A DNA stretch of 64,000 nucleotides from Capnocytophaga sp. (GTDB taxonomy: Bacteria > Bacteroidota > Bacteroidia > Flavobacteriales > Flavobacteriaceae), in the NCBI GenBank assembly GCA_030530525.1, contig JAUMUT010000001.1, positions 114,896 through 178,895 of the forward strand. Direction: 5' to 3'. Under the pieces are notes generated by a model. It had not been told where the DNA came from. It worked only from the letters and a program-made list of their open reading frames with translations, and searched no databases. Below, in pieces: positions 9,947 to 18,843 of the stretch; position 1 is the first letter of the stretch; every line of letters starts with the position of its first letter. The translations under genes and the position numbers were made by a program.

Positions 9947-10576
9947 TTATTTTTTCTTGTTGTTTTGTGTGTTTTGGTTATTTTTTTTGTTTGTAAATTT
10001 CTTTTGAAAATTATTCCGTTGTCTGTTATTATTGAGGTTTTGTTCTGATTTTTTCAAATCAATTTTTCCTTTGCTAAGCTCGTATAAATGCTCAAAAATT
10101 ACATCATCTTCTACAGATTCTTTGTTCCACGCCAAGAAGCATTTTTTCATATGGTTGGCAATGGAAAGTTGCAAGGCACTTTTGAGTTCGCCTTCTTCCC
10201 AAAGGTTGCAAACTTCAATTAATCTTAAAATATTATTTCCGTAGAAACGATATTTTGGGTGTTTTTGAGGGTATTGCATTCGTTCTGGATGCGGAGTAAT
10301 AGTTTCGGGAGTTGGCTTTTCAAAAGGAGAATCTACATCTATTTGAAAATTAGACATTTTAAAAAGTTGATCCCATAGTTTGTGCTGAAAATCAGGCACA
10401 TCTCGCAAATGCGGATTTTGGTTTCCCATTATGGCGATAATTGCTTTTGCCATATTATTTCGTAGCGCTCGGTCTTCGGTTTTGGTTGCTTTTTCTACCA
10501 TTTTCTGGATATGTCGCCCATATTCTGGTATAACAAGCGGATTACGAAGCGTATTGTATTCAAGATTTTGTTCCAA
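9947..10576 (-). CDS. DUF4290-like protein with N/K-rich basic C-terminal tail
   Basis: 209 aa. It sits directly upstream of murA, as DUF4290 proteins do in Bacteroidetes. The C-terminal 35 aa are low complexity (NNNRQRNNFQKKFTNKKNNQNTQNNKKK). Confidence 0.6.
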   Translation of the reverse strand: MEQNLEYNTLRNPLVIPEYGRHIQKMVEKATKTEDRALRNNMAKAIIAIMGNQNPHLRDVPDFQHKLWDQLFKMSNFQIDVDSPFEKPTPETITPHPERMQYPQKHPKYRFYGNNILRLIEVCNLWEEGELKSALQLSIANHMKKCFLAWNKESVEDDVIFEHLYELSKGKIDLKKSEQNLNNNRQRNNFQKKFTNKKNNQNTQNNKKK

Positions 10577-10786
10577 TTTTATAATTTAAAAATTTGATAA
10601 TCAATAAGGTAAGTTATTTTTCTTTTTCTAAAAGAAAGATTTTTTGTAGAAAGCAAAAATAAATATATTTTCTTAAATGACGAATTATTTTTTTATTTTT
10701 CTGAATTTAAATTATTTTCTCTTTGTTTCAAGGAAATATTTTAACGAAAAATAATATCTTTGCAACGTTTTTTTTAATATTTTTTT

Positions 10787-11311
10787 ATGGCAATTATTCG
10801 TGAATTACAAGGTAAAAAACCTTCGTTTGGAGAAAATATTTTCATTGCAGAAACCGCCGTTATCATAGGAGATGTTTCTATGGGAGAAAATTGTAGCGTG
10901 TGGTATAATGCCGTTCTTCGGGGCGATGTTCATTTTATAAAAATAGGAAATAACGTAAATATTCAGGACAATGTAATGGTGCATTGTACTTACCAAAAAT
11001 CGCCAACCGTAATAGGAAATAATGTTTCTGTGGGGCATAATGCCATCATTCACGGTTGTACGATTAAAGATAATGTCCTTATAGGAATGGGGGCTATTGT
11101 GCTGGATAATTGCGTGGTAGAAAGTAATTCTATCGTGGCGGCTGGGGCTGTGGTAACCAAAGGCACACACATTGGCTCAGGGGAAGTTTGGGGTGGTATT
11201 CCTGCAAAAAAAATCAAAGACATTTCTAAGGAACTTACAGAAAATGAAATACATAGAATAGCCAAAAGTTATATAAAATATGCTTCGTGGTATAAAGAGG
11301 ATAAAGAATAA
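10787..11311 (+). CDS. gamma-class carbonic anhydrase-like / hexapeptide-repeat (left-handed beta-helix) protein
   Basis: Hexapeptide repeats (IIGDVSMGENCSVWYNAVLRGDV...IGNNVNIQDNVMVH...IGNNVSVGHNAIIHG). 174 aa. A -7 box ATCTTTGC lies about 20 nt upstream. Confidence 0.8.
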   Translation: MAIIRELQGKKPSFGENIFIAETAVIIGDVSMGENCSVWYNAVLRGDVHFIKIGNNVNIQDNVMVHCTYQKSPTVIGNNVSVGHNAIIHGCTIKDNVLIGMGAIVLDNCVVESNSIVAAGAVVTKGTHIGSGEVWGGIPAKKIKDISKELTENEIHRIAKSYIKYASWYKEDKE

Positions 11312-11413
11312 AAACTCATTTTATTAATTCATTTTTTTTTTTTAACTTTGCCCCAATTAATAATGCATAATAAAAGGGTAGCAAGGTGTTACACTTTTTA
11401 ATATTTTTAGTTT

Positions 11414-12841
11414 ATGAGTATTAAAGAATTATTCCTAAAAGGGAAAAATATACAAGAGGAAATCACTCTTAGAGGTTGGGTACGAACTTTCCGAAGCAAT
11501 CGTTTTATTGCACTCAATGATGGCTCCACGCTTGAGAATTTGCAAATTGTGGTAGATTTTGAAAATACCAAAGAAGATATTCTAAAACGTATAACCACAG
11601 GTGCAGCAATAGAAGTACAAGGAAAAGTAGTAGAAAGCCAAGGGAAAGGACAATCTATTGAAATACAAGCTACTAATGTTATTATTTTAGGCGATTCTAA
11701 CCCAGAAGAATACCCTATACAACCCAAAAAACATTCTTTAGAATTTTTAAGAGAAAATGCTCATTTGCGTATTCGTACCAATGTTTTTGGAGCTATTATG
11801 CGGGTTCGTTCTACTTTGGCTTATGCGGTGCATAAATACTTCCAAGATAACGGATTTTTCTATGTAAATACGCCTATTATTACAGGAAGTGATGCCGAAG
11901 GCGCAGGCGAAATGTTTCGGGTTACTACCTTAGATGCTAAAAATCCGCCACTTAACGAAGCAGGCGAGGTAGATTATAAAAAAGATTTCTTTGGTAGAGA
12001 AACCAATCTTACCGTATCAGGACAATTAGAAGGCGAAACATATGCAATGGCTTTAGGGAAAATTTATACTTTCGGACCTACTTTCCGTGCAGAAAACTCC
12101 AACACGTCCAGACATCTTGCGGAATTTTGGATGATAGAACCCGAAATGGCTTTCTTTGACCTTATTGATAATATGAATCTTGCCGAAGATTTTATAAAAT
12201 ATGTACTAAAATACACCTTAGAAACACGCCGTGAGGACATTGAATTTCTCAATCAACGATTTTTAGAAGAAGAAAAAACAAAACCTCAAAACGAACGTAG
12301 CGCAATGTCTCTTTTAGAAAAATTAGAGTTTGTTATTAACAATAATTTTAAACGAGTAAGCTACACCGAAGCCATAGAAATACTCAAAAATTGTAACCAT
12401 AACAAGAAAAAGAAATTCCAATATCTTGTAGAGGAATGGGGGGTAGATTTGCAAAGCGAACACGAACGCTATTTAGTAGAAAAACACTTTGAGTGTCCTG
12501 TTATTCTTTATGATTATCCAGCGAAAATCAAGGCATTTTATATGCGCCTAAATGATGATGGCAAAACCGTTCGGGCTATGGATATTCTCTTCCCTGGCAT
12601 CGGCGAAATGGTTGGAGGCTCACAACGAGAAGAACGCTATGATGTTCTTATACAAAAAATAAAAGATTTAGGCATAAAAGAAGAAGACCTTTGGTGGTAC
12701 TTAGACCTTCGTAAGTTTGGTACTGCTGTACATAGTGGATTTGGCTTGGGCTTTGAGCGTTTGGTACTTTTCACCACAGGAATGACCAATATTCGGGATG
12801 TTATTCCTTATCCACGCACTCCACAAAGTGCTGAGTTTTAA
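11414..12841 (+). CDS. asnS: asparagine--tRNA ligase
   Basis: 475 aa. N-terminal OB domain ([22 protein letters not shown]). Class II aaRS motifs ([40 protein letters not shown]). Confidence 0.95.
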   Translation: MSIKELFLKGKNIQEEITLRGWVRTFRSNRFIALNDGSTLENLQIVVDFENTKEDILKRITTGAAIEVQGKVVESQGKGQSIEIQATNVIILGDSNPEEYPIQPKKHSLEFLRENAHLRIRTNVFGAIMRVRSTLAYAVHKYFQDNGFFYVNTPIITGSDAEGAGEMFRVTTLDAKNPPLNEAGEVDYKKDFFGRETNLTVSGQLEGETYAMALGKIYTFGPTFRAENSNTSRHLAEFWMIEPEMAFFDLIDNMNLAEDFIKYVLKYTLETRREDIEFLNQRFLEEEKTKPQNERSAMSLLEKLEFVINNNFKRVSYTEAIEILKNCNHNKKKKFQYLVEEWGVDLQSEHERYLVEKHFECPVILYDYPAKIKAFYMRLNDDGKTVRAMDILFPGIGEMVGGSQREERYDVLIQKIKDLGIKEEDLWWYLDLRKFGTAVHSGFGLGFERLVLFTTGMTNIRDVIPYPRTPQSAEF

Positions 12842-12867
12842 TATTTTTGATTATTTCTTAATATAAA

Positions 12868-12900
12868 ATCATCTCATTTATTAGTGAGGTGATTTTTTTA
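12868..12900 (+). terminator. rho-independent terminator after asnS
   Basis: Hairpin atcatctcat / gtgaggtgat (10 bp including G-U pairs) followed by TTTTTTT. It could also terminate the convergent gene on the other strand. Confidence 0.55.
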
Positions 12901-12910
12901 TTTCTTTTTA

Positions 12911-13813
12911 TCAAAAATGGAAAGTTGCTTGGTAAAAGATAAGCTGCACATAAGGTGAATGCAAAGACAAATATCGCGTATAAGAAGGGTAAAGAATATT
13001 CGTATTAAAAATACCCGAAATAGAAATCGCCCAATCATCTTTGGTATAAACAATTGCCATTTTACTTAAATTGGTTGGATAAATTTTTAAATGATATTTC
13101 TTTAAATTATCTGCTTCGTTACCAAAATTTAATCCTGCACTGAAAAATCCAGATAGCAACCAACGTTTGTTAATCACAAAAGAATGCGCATAACCAATAT
13201 TTACTCCTATTTGTCCGTTTTCAAAAGTCTCTTTTATTATAGATTCTTGGCTATCGTCAGGAACTATCCGATGCCAATAAAAACCTCCTCCTACGGAAAA
13301 ACTTCCAGCCGATTTTATCTGTAACTCACTCTGTTCATAAGCGGCACGCGCCGAATATTTTTCACCATTAAACAAATACGTCAGCTCCACTCCTGTTTGT
13401 TTAATTCGCATTGTCGGGAACAAAAGAAATTTTTTAGAAGTATCTTCTCTAAAAAAACCTTTATAATCTTGGTAATAAACATCTACCAAGAGCTTCCTGC
13501 CGTACATATGCATCTGAAAATCTGTTATTTCAGAAGAAACTCCGCTATCATTTCGCATCGGGAAAATACTATGCGTAGCGTACAAATTTATCCCGATAAT
13601 TTTACGCAACCCAAGCCCTACCCCAGCATTTAAAGGAATATTCGGGATATAACGCTCATCGCCCTGCCGTAAAGTTATGAATTTTATAGGAATAACGGGC
13701 TTTATCCACATTCTTTGCGGATAAGGCTTTATATAAATAGTATCTATTTCTTGCGAGAAAATTTTAGGCAAAAAAAGAATAAAATAGAGATTAAAAAAAA
13801 TAATTTTCTTCAT
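12911..13813 (-). CDS. hypothetical outer-membrane/secreted protein (signal peptide, beta-rich)
   Basis: 300 aa. N-terminal signal peptide MKKIIFFNLYFILFLPKIFSQ. Aromatic-rich alternating pattern and a C-terminal F residue typical of OM beta-barrels. No family recognised. Confidence 0.6.
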   Translation of the reverse strand: MKKIIFFNLYFILFLPKIFSQEIDTIYIKPYPQRMWIKPVIPIKFITLRQGDERYIPNIPLNAGVGLGLRKIIGINLYATHSIFPMRNDSGVSSEITDFQMHMYGRKLLVDVYYQDYKGFFREDTSKKFLLFPTMRIKQTGVELTYLFNGEKYSARAAYEQSELQIKSAGSFSVGGGFYWHRIVPDDSQESIIKETFENGQIGVNIGYAHSFVINKRWLLSGFFSAGLNFGNEADNLKKYHLKIYPTNLSKMAIVYTKDDWAISISGIFNTNILYPSYTRYLSLHSPYVQLIFYQATFHF

Positions 13814-13859
13814 TTTTTTAAGATAAAAAAACAGGCAAAAGTACTATTTTTTATGAAAA

Positions 13860-14153
13860 TTATCTTTTTCCTATCATTCTACGAAACATTTTCTTCTCAA
13901 ATTCCCAAAAAAAACGAAATTGTCCTAAAAGGCTTCCTATGATAAGCAATAATATTTGATAAATTGGTAAAATAATTATCAGCCGTAATATCCACGCAAA
14001 AAAAGGATTTAATTCATTGAAATCCAATCCTATATATTGGCAAAAAGGTTTTGCTATCCGTGCAGAAAACGAGCCTGTTACCGCAAAAACTACCAAAATA
14101 ATAGCCAACTGAACATTGGATGTTATTTGCCATTTCTCTTTTAATCGTTTCAT
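13860..14153 (-). CDS. hypothetical small membrane protein (97 aa, two TM helices)
   Basis: Hydrophobic helices (LAIILVVFAVTGSF, ILRLIIILPIYQILLLIIGSLLG) with a basic tail. No motif recognised. Confidence 0.45.
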   Translation of the reverse strand: MKRLKEKWQITSNVQLAIILVVFAVTGSFSARIAKPFCQYIGLDFNELNPFFAWILRLIIILPIYQILLLIIGSLLGQFRFFWEFEKKMFRRMIGKR

Positions 14154-14260
14154 TTTTTCATTTTGGGCAAAGATATAAATTATTCTTCTAAAAATAAAAT
14201 TATATATTTTATCGGTAAGTTTGTATTAATATTTTTTTTACCTTTGCAAAAAATATTTTT

Positions 14261-15172
14261 ATGAACCAAAATAGAAGTTCTAGAAAGTCTGGCAAACGGG
14301 GAAGTAGCCGTAATGAATCTCCAAAATTTGCCCAAAAACGAGATAATAAAAAAACTCCTACTACTGAAAAAGCCTACCAAAAATATAAAAAATATACCCC
14401 AGAGGAGAGTTTTACTTACAAAAAATCTTTCCGAAAAAGAGAAACTGAAAATTCTGACGATAAAGGTATTAGGCTAAATAAATACATCGCCAACGCTGGT
14501 ATTTGTGCGCGCCGCGATGCCGATACATATATCGTTGCGGGCAATGTTGAAATTAACGGAAAAATAATGACTCAGCTCGGCTACCGAGTACAACCTTCTG
14601 ATATTGTGAAGTTTGACGGAAAAGTTATTTCTTCTGAAAAAAAAGAATATATTTTACTGAACAAACCCAAAGGCTTCATCACAACCACCGATGACGAAAA
14701 AGGAAGAAAAACCGTTATGGAGCTTATCGTAGGAGCTACTTCTGCCAAAGTAAAACCCGTTGGGCGTTTAGACCGACCTACAACAGGTCTTTTGTTATTT
14801 ACAAACGATGGCGACTTAATGAAGAAGCTTACTCACCCCTCGCACGGAGTTCGGAAAATATATCACGTTGTTCTTAACAGAAAACTGGAACTATCTGATT
14901 TTCATAAAATTCAAGACGGAATAACGCTAGAAGATGGGTTCATTCAAGTAGATGAAATCAGCTTTGTGGATAACGCTCCGCACAATGAAGTAGGCATAAA
15001 AATCCATAGCGGGCGCAATCGTATCGTTCGCCGTATTTTTCAACATTTAGGCTATGAAGTAGAAAAATTGGACAGAGTAGTTTTTGCAGGACTTACCAAA
15101 AAAGACCTTCCGCGTGGGCATTGGCGACACTTAACACCACAAGAGGTAATTAATTTAAAAAATATTCGTTAA
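14261..15172 (+). CDS. rluB: rRNA pseudouridine synthase (RsuA/RluB family) with K/R-rich N-terminal extension
   Basis: S4 domain (IRLNKYIANAGICARRDADTYIVAGNVEING). Catalytic motif GRLDRPTTGLLLFTNDG. 303 aa. A TACCTTTG -7 box sits just upstream. Confidence 0.88.
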   Translation: MNQNRSSRKSGKRGSSRNESPKFAQKRDNKKTPTTEKAYQKYKKYTPEESFTYKKSFRKRETENSDDKGIRLNKYIANAGICARRDADTYIVAGNVEINGKIMTQLGYRVQPSDIVKFDGKVISSEKKEYILLNKPKGFITTTDDEKGRKTVMELIVGATSAKVKPVGRLDRPTTGLLLFTNDGDLMKKLTHPSHGVRKIYHVVLNRKLELSDFHKIQDGITLEDGFIQVDEISFVDNAPHNEVGIKIHSGRNRIVRRIFQHLGYEVEKLDRVVFAGLTKKDLPRGHWRHLTPQEVINLKNIR

Positions 15173-15189
15173 TTTTAATTTATAAATAA

Positions 15190-15558
15190 ATGAGAAAATT
15201 TTTATTTTTAGGAACTTTTGTAATCCTTTTAGTTTTAGGAGGTTATATTTATTTTCAATACTTTTTTGTATTCGGGCAAGGCGTAAAATCTGGCTATTTA
15301 AACTATGCCGTTTATAAAGGAAATGTTTTCAAAACTTATGAAGGAAAACTCATTCAAGAAGGTTTTGCACGAACCAAATTGGGCAGTGGCGTACAAAGCA
15401 ACGAATTTGAATTTTCTATACAAAACGAAAAGATTTTCAGAGAGTTAGAAACCAATTCGGGTAAATATTTTGACCTTCATTATAAAGAATACCACAACGC
15501 TCTTCCTTGGCGCGGAAACACAGTTTATGTAGTGGATAGCATTGTGAGTATGCGTTAA
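15190..15558 (+). CDS. hypothetical membrane-anchored protein (122 aa)
   Basis: N-terminal TM helix (FLFLGTFVILLVLGGYIYF). It follows the rluB-like gene after an 18-nt gap. Confidence 0.5.
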   Translation: MRKFLFLGTFVILLVLGGYIYFQYFFVFGQGVKSGYLNYAVYKGNVFKTYEGKLIQEGFARTKLGSGVQSNEFEFSIQNEKIFRELETNSGKYFDLHYKEYHNALPWRGNTVYVVDSIVSMR

Positions 15559-16205
15559 AAATTATTAAATTTTTTTGATAATAATATATTTAAATTTTCT
15601 ACCGAAAAACCTGTTAATTCTGAGGCTTTTTGGTAGATTTTTTGTATAGAAACAGAAGCATTATCTGTTTCTAAGAAAAAATCATTTATGCTGATTTTAG
15701 TTAATATTTTTTGTAATTTCTCCTCTTTCAAAAGAGCCTCCCCAAAAGAAATTTTTATATTATTTTGAAGCAATGCATTTGCTATTTGCTCATTTTTCCG
15801 AAATCCGTGCAAAACCCAAAGCTGGCTGGGGCGAGTTTCTTTTTTTAAAGAAATTATTTCGCTAAAACTTTTCACACAATGAATAAGTAAAGGTTTCTTA
15901 ACTTGTTCAGACAGAGCTATGTGCGCCTTAAAAATTTCTTTTTGTAAAGAAAAATTGGTCTTTACATTTTTATCCAAACCACATTCCCCTATGGCTTTGC
16001 AATTTTCTAAAACACTATATTTCAATACATTATCCATTTGTTTTTGCCAATTTTCCTCAATATACCAAGGGTGTATCCCTACGGAAAAAGGATTTTTTTC
16101 TGGTATGTCTTCAGGATAATAATTTTGTATTTCTCGCTGATTTTGAGCAAAATGCGTATGAATATTAAATAACATTTCTATAAAATAAAAAGCAAATTTA
16201 CACAT
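15555..16205 (-). CDS. TatD-family metal-dependent hydrolase (DNase)
   Basis: MLFNIHTHF (HxH metal site), GECGLD, LLIHC and VLHGF are TatD motifs. 216 aa. Confidence 0.82.
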   Translation of the reverse strand: MCKFAFYFIEMLFNIHTHFAQNQREIQNYYPEDIPEKNPFSVGIHPWYIEENWQKQMDNVLKYSVLENCKAIGECGLDKNVKTNFSLQKEIFKAHIALSEQVKKPLLIHCVKSFSEIISLKKETRPSQLWVLHGFRKNEQIANALLQNNIKISFGEALLKEEKLQKILTKISINDFFLETDNASVSIQKIYQKASELTGFSVENLNILLSKKFNNF

Positions 16206-16312
16206 TTTTTTAATATTTTATAAAGTATTGATATTTAATAATTTATATTCCAAATAAATTTTATGAAAAATAAAAAATATATTTTATCTTTGCACTCTTT
16301 AAAATAAAACAA

Positions 16313-17074
16313 ATGAAAATAATTTCTTACAACGTAAATGGAATACGTGCTGCAATGACCAAAGGATTTGCAGAATGGCTCGGGCAGGCTTCTCCCGATG
16401 TTATTTGCCTTCAAGAAATAAAAGCCCTTGAAAATCAAATAGATAAACAACCTCTTTTGGATTTGGGTTATACTTATAATTATTGGCATAGCGCCCAAAA
16501 GAAAGGATATAGTGGTGTAGCGATATTAAGCAAAACCGAGCCAAAACACGTTGAATATGGCACGGGAATAGATTATATAGACCACGAAGGGCGAGTTATT
16601 CGTACTGATTTTCAAGACGTTTCAGTAATTAGTTTATATCTTCCTTCGGGAACAAATATAGACCGCCTTGACCATAAATTTCAGTTTATGGCTGATTTTC
16701 AAGATTATATAAATGAACTAAAAAAGACCTTGCCCAATCTTGTCATCTGTGGTGATTATAATATTTGCCACCAAGCTATTGATATTCACGACCCTATCCG
16801 AAATGCGAATGTTTCTGGTTTTTTGCCCGCAGAGCGAGAATGGATAGATAATTTTATGAAAAGTGGTTTTATTGATAGTTTCCGGTATTTTAATTCTGAG
16901 CCTCATAATTATTCGTGGTGGAGCTACCGAGCAAATGCGCGTAATAATAATAAAGGCTGGCGGATTGATTACTGCTTGGTTTCCAATACGTTAGAAAATC
17001 GTTTAGAACGAGCTGTAATATTACCCGAAGCCAAACATAGCGACCATTGCCCTATTTTAGTAGAAATAAAATAA
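16313..17074 (+). CDS. xth: exodeoxyribonuclease III (AP endonuclease)
   Basis: MKIISYNVNGIRAA...CLQEIK...DHCPILVEI, Xth/APE1 family. 253 aa. An ATCTTTGC -7 box lies upstream. Confidence 0.93.
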   Translation: MKIISYNVNGIRAAMTKGFAEWLGQASPDVICLQEIKALENQIDKQPLLDLGYTYNYWHSAQKKGYSGVAILSKTEPKHVEYGTGIDYIDHEGRVIRTDFQDVSVISLYLPSGTNIDRLDHKFQFMADFQDYINELKKTLPNLVICGDYNICHQAIDIHDPIRNANVSGFLPAEREWIDNFMKSGFIDSFRYFNSEPHNYSWWSYRANARNNNKGWRIDYCLVSNTLENRLERAVILPEAKHSDHCPILVEIK

Positions 17075-17157
17075 ATTTTAATTTACTGATTTTTAATATT
17101 TTAAAAAAAATAGAATAAGTTTTTTAAAAAAATATTTGTCAAATAAAAAAAAAGTTG

Positions 17158-17165
17158 TACTTTTG
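17158..17165 (+). promoter_or_regulatory. Bacteroidetes sigma-A -7 box (TACTTTTG, extended TACTTTTGCACC) for the tRNA-Gly/tRNA-Leu operon
   Basis: TTTG at 17135-17138 is about 19 nt upstream of TACTTTTG. The tRNA-Gly 5' end lies about 20 nt downstream. Confidence 0.5.
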
Positions 17166-17185
17166 CACCACAAAAATAAGGGAAT

Positions 17186-17258
17186 GCGAAAATAGCTCAG
17201 TTGGTAGAGCGCAACCTTGCCAAGGTTGAGGTCGCGGGTTCGAACCCCGTTTTTCGCT
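17186..17258 (+). tRNA. tRNA-Gly (anticodon GCC)
   Basis: GCGAAAATAGCTCAGTTGGTAGAGCGCAACCTTGCCAAGGTTGAGGTCGCGGGTTCGAACCCCGTTTTTCGCT. Anticodon loop cTTGCCAa. 7-bp acceptor stem GCGAAAA/TTTTCGC. Confidence 0.9.
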
Positions 17259-17280
17259 CTTTTTTATGTCTATCATAAAG

Positions 17281-17366
17281 GCTCGGATGGTGGAATCGGT
17301 AGACACGCTGGACTTAAAATCCAGTGGGCAGCAATGCCTGTGCGGGTTCAAGTCCCGCTCCGAGTA
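17281..17366 (+). tRNA. tRNA-Leu (anticodon TAA), class II with long variable arm
   Basis: GCTCGGATGGTGGAATCGGTAGACACGCTGGACTTAAAATCCAGTGGGCAGCAATGCCTGTGCGGGTTCAAGTCCCGCTCCGAGTA. Anticodon loop cTTAAAa. Variable stem-loop GTGGGCAGCAATGCCTGTGC. Confidence 0.9.
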
Positions 17367-17376
17367 CAAACTAAAA

Positions 17377-17407
17377 ATCACTATCTACTAAGATAGTGAT
17401 TTTTTTG
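17377..17407 (+). terminator. rho-independent terminator of the tRNA operon
   Basis: Perfect 10-bp stem ATCACTATCT / AGATAGTGAT with loop ACTA, followed by TTTTTTT. Confidence 0.8.
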
Positions 17408-17596
17408 CTTTTATGTAACCCTTAAAAATATTTGGCTATGAAAACAGCAGTAACATTTGCTACCTCTGATGTAGATAAGCTAAATTCAATAAAAGAATTT
17501 ATAAGGTCTTTAAACACTTTATCTAATAAAAATTCCATTTTAATACAATTATAAAAACAAAAATCCCTCTTTACAAGGGATTTTTATATTTCTACA

Positions 17597-17818
17597 TCAA
17601 TTATTATTTTTTTTAGGGTCAAATTTACAACTATTTATTCCGAAAAGGGCATACAATGGGCAAAAATTAATCAGTGAAGTAACTAAAAATATAATAGAAA
17701 CTGCTCCCAAAACAGATGCCACCCAGCCTGAAATTATTCCGTTTATCCCTAAAATAGCAATAATAATGACAATAGACAAACGTATTAATTTATCTATTTT
17801 CCCTACATTTCTTTTCAT
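17597..17818 (-). CDS. DUF2892 (YgaP-like) small inner-membrane protein
   Basis: MKRNVGKIDKLIRLSIVIIIAILG...CPLYALFGINSC is typical DUF2892. The start was moved to the internal ATG; the ORF-track start is 17851. A bidirectional hairpin terminator lies at 17562-17583. Confidence 0.7.
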   Translation of the reverse strand: MKRNVGKIDKLIRLSIVIIIAILGINGIISGWVASVLGAVSIIFLVTSLINFCPLYALFGINSCKFDPKKNNN

Positions 17819-17987
17819 AATGATTTTTTTTATTTTACAGCAAAAGTACAACTTTTTTTTATTTTGTATCCTTTCTTTTTATAGATTTTTTTGATGCTAC
17901 AAATAATTTTTAAAAATAGAATTTATATTTTTTATAGTAAAATAAACAAAAATTAGTATCTTTGTAAGATAATTCCCTTTTCATAAA

Positions 17988-18671
17988 ATGAATTTAGCCG
18001 ATAAAATTATTGATTTTAACAAAAATCTATCTTATAAAGAAGAATTACCTAAAAATTTTTCTGTTCTAAATCCTTATTTGGATAACCCTGAAACTCTGCA
18101 AGTTATGAGTGAATTTTATCATAAATTTTATAACGATACACATAAGCGAAAATTTATTATCGGGATAAATCCGTCTCGGCACGGCGCAGGAGTTACAGGT
18201 GTGCCTTTTACCGATACCAAACGATTGGAAACCGAATGCGGTATTGTTATGCAATCTGCTCATACTCACGAAGTTTCCTCTGTTTTTATGTATAATATGA
18301 TAAAAGAATTTGGAGGAGTGCAAGCGTTTTATCAAACATTTTATATTAACTCACCTTTTCCGTTAGCCATCATAAGGCAAACCGCTGATAATAAATGGGT
18401 TAATGCAAATTACTATGATGATTTTGCTATTTTTGAAAAAGTAAAACCTTTTATGATTGAAACTTTAAAAAAACATATTCAGTTAGGGTTAAATACGGAA
18501 AAAGTTTTTGTTTTAGGAAAGAAAAATGCTACATTCTTACAAAAACTCAATAAAGAAGCGTCTCTTTTTAACGAAATGGTAATTTTAGAGCATCCTCGCT
18601 ATATTCAACAATATAAATCTAAAGAGCAAACATTATATATTGATAAATTTCTGACCGAATTTCTCCAATAA
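17988..18671 (+). CDS. uracil-DNA glycosylase superfamily protein (SMUG-like; DUF4918-like)
   Basis: GINPSRHGAGVTGVPFTD resembles the SMUG1 motif GMNPGPFG (water-activating loop). HPRY near the C-terminus resembles UDG motif B (HPSPL). 227 aa. Confidence 0.5.
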   Translation: MNLADKIIDFNKNLSYKEELPKNFSVLNPYLDNPETLQVMSEFYHKFYNDTHKRKFIIGINPSRHGAGVTGVPFTDTKRLETECGIVMQSAHTHEVSSVFMYNMIKEFGGVQAFYQTFYINSPFPLAIIRQTADNKWVNANYYDDFAIFEKVKPFMIETLKKHIQLGLNTEKVFVLGKKNATFLQKLNKEASLFNEMVILEHPRYIQQYKSKEQTLYIDKFLTEFLQ

Positions 18672-18843
18672 TTACCAAAAAATAAAAGAGGGCATAAAGC
18701 CCTCCTTTACCAATTCTAACCACAAAATCTAATATATGAAAAACAATTTATATTCTCATTTTTTCTGATGCAAAGATACAACAATTTTTCTATATATCAA
18801 TATTTTTGTATAATTTTTTTCTATATATATACATAGAATAAAA

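Noticed and set aside
17139-17381. 80-aa minus-strand ORF
   Set aside because: It overlaps tRNA-Gly and tRNA-Leu on the opposite strand and is a spurious reading frame.
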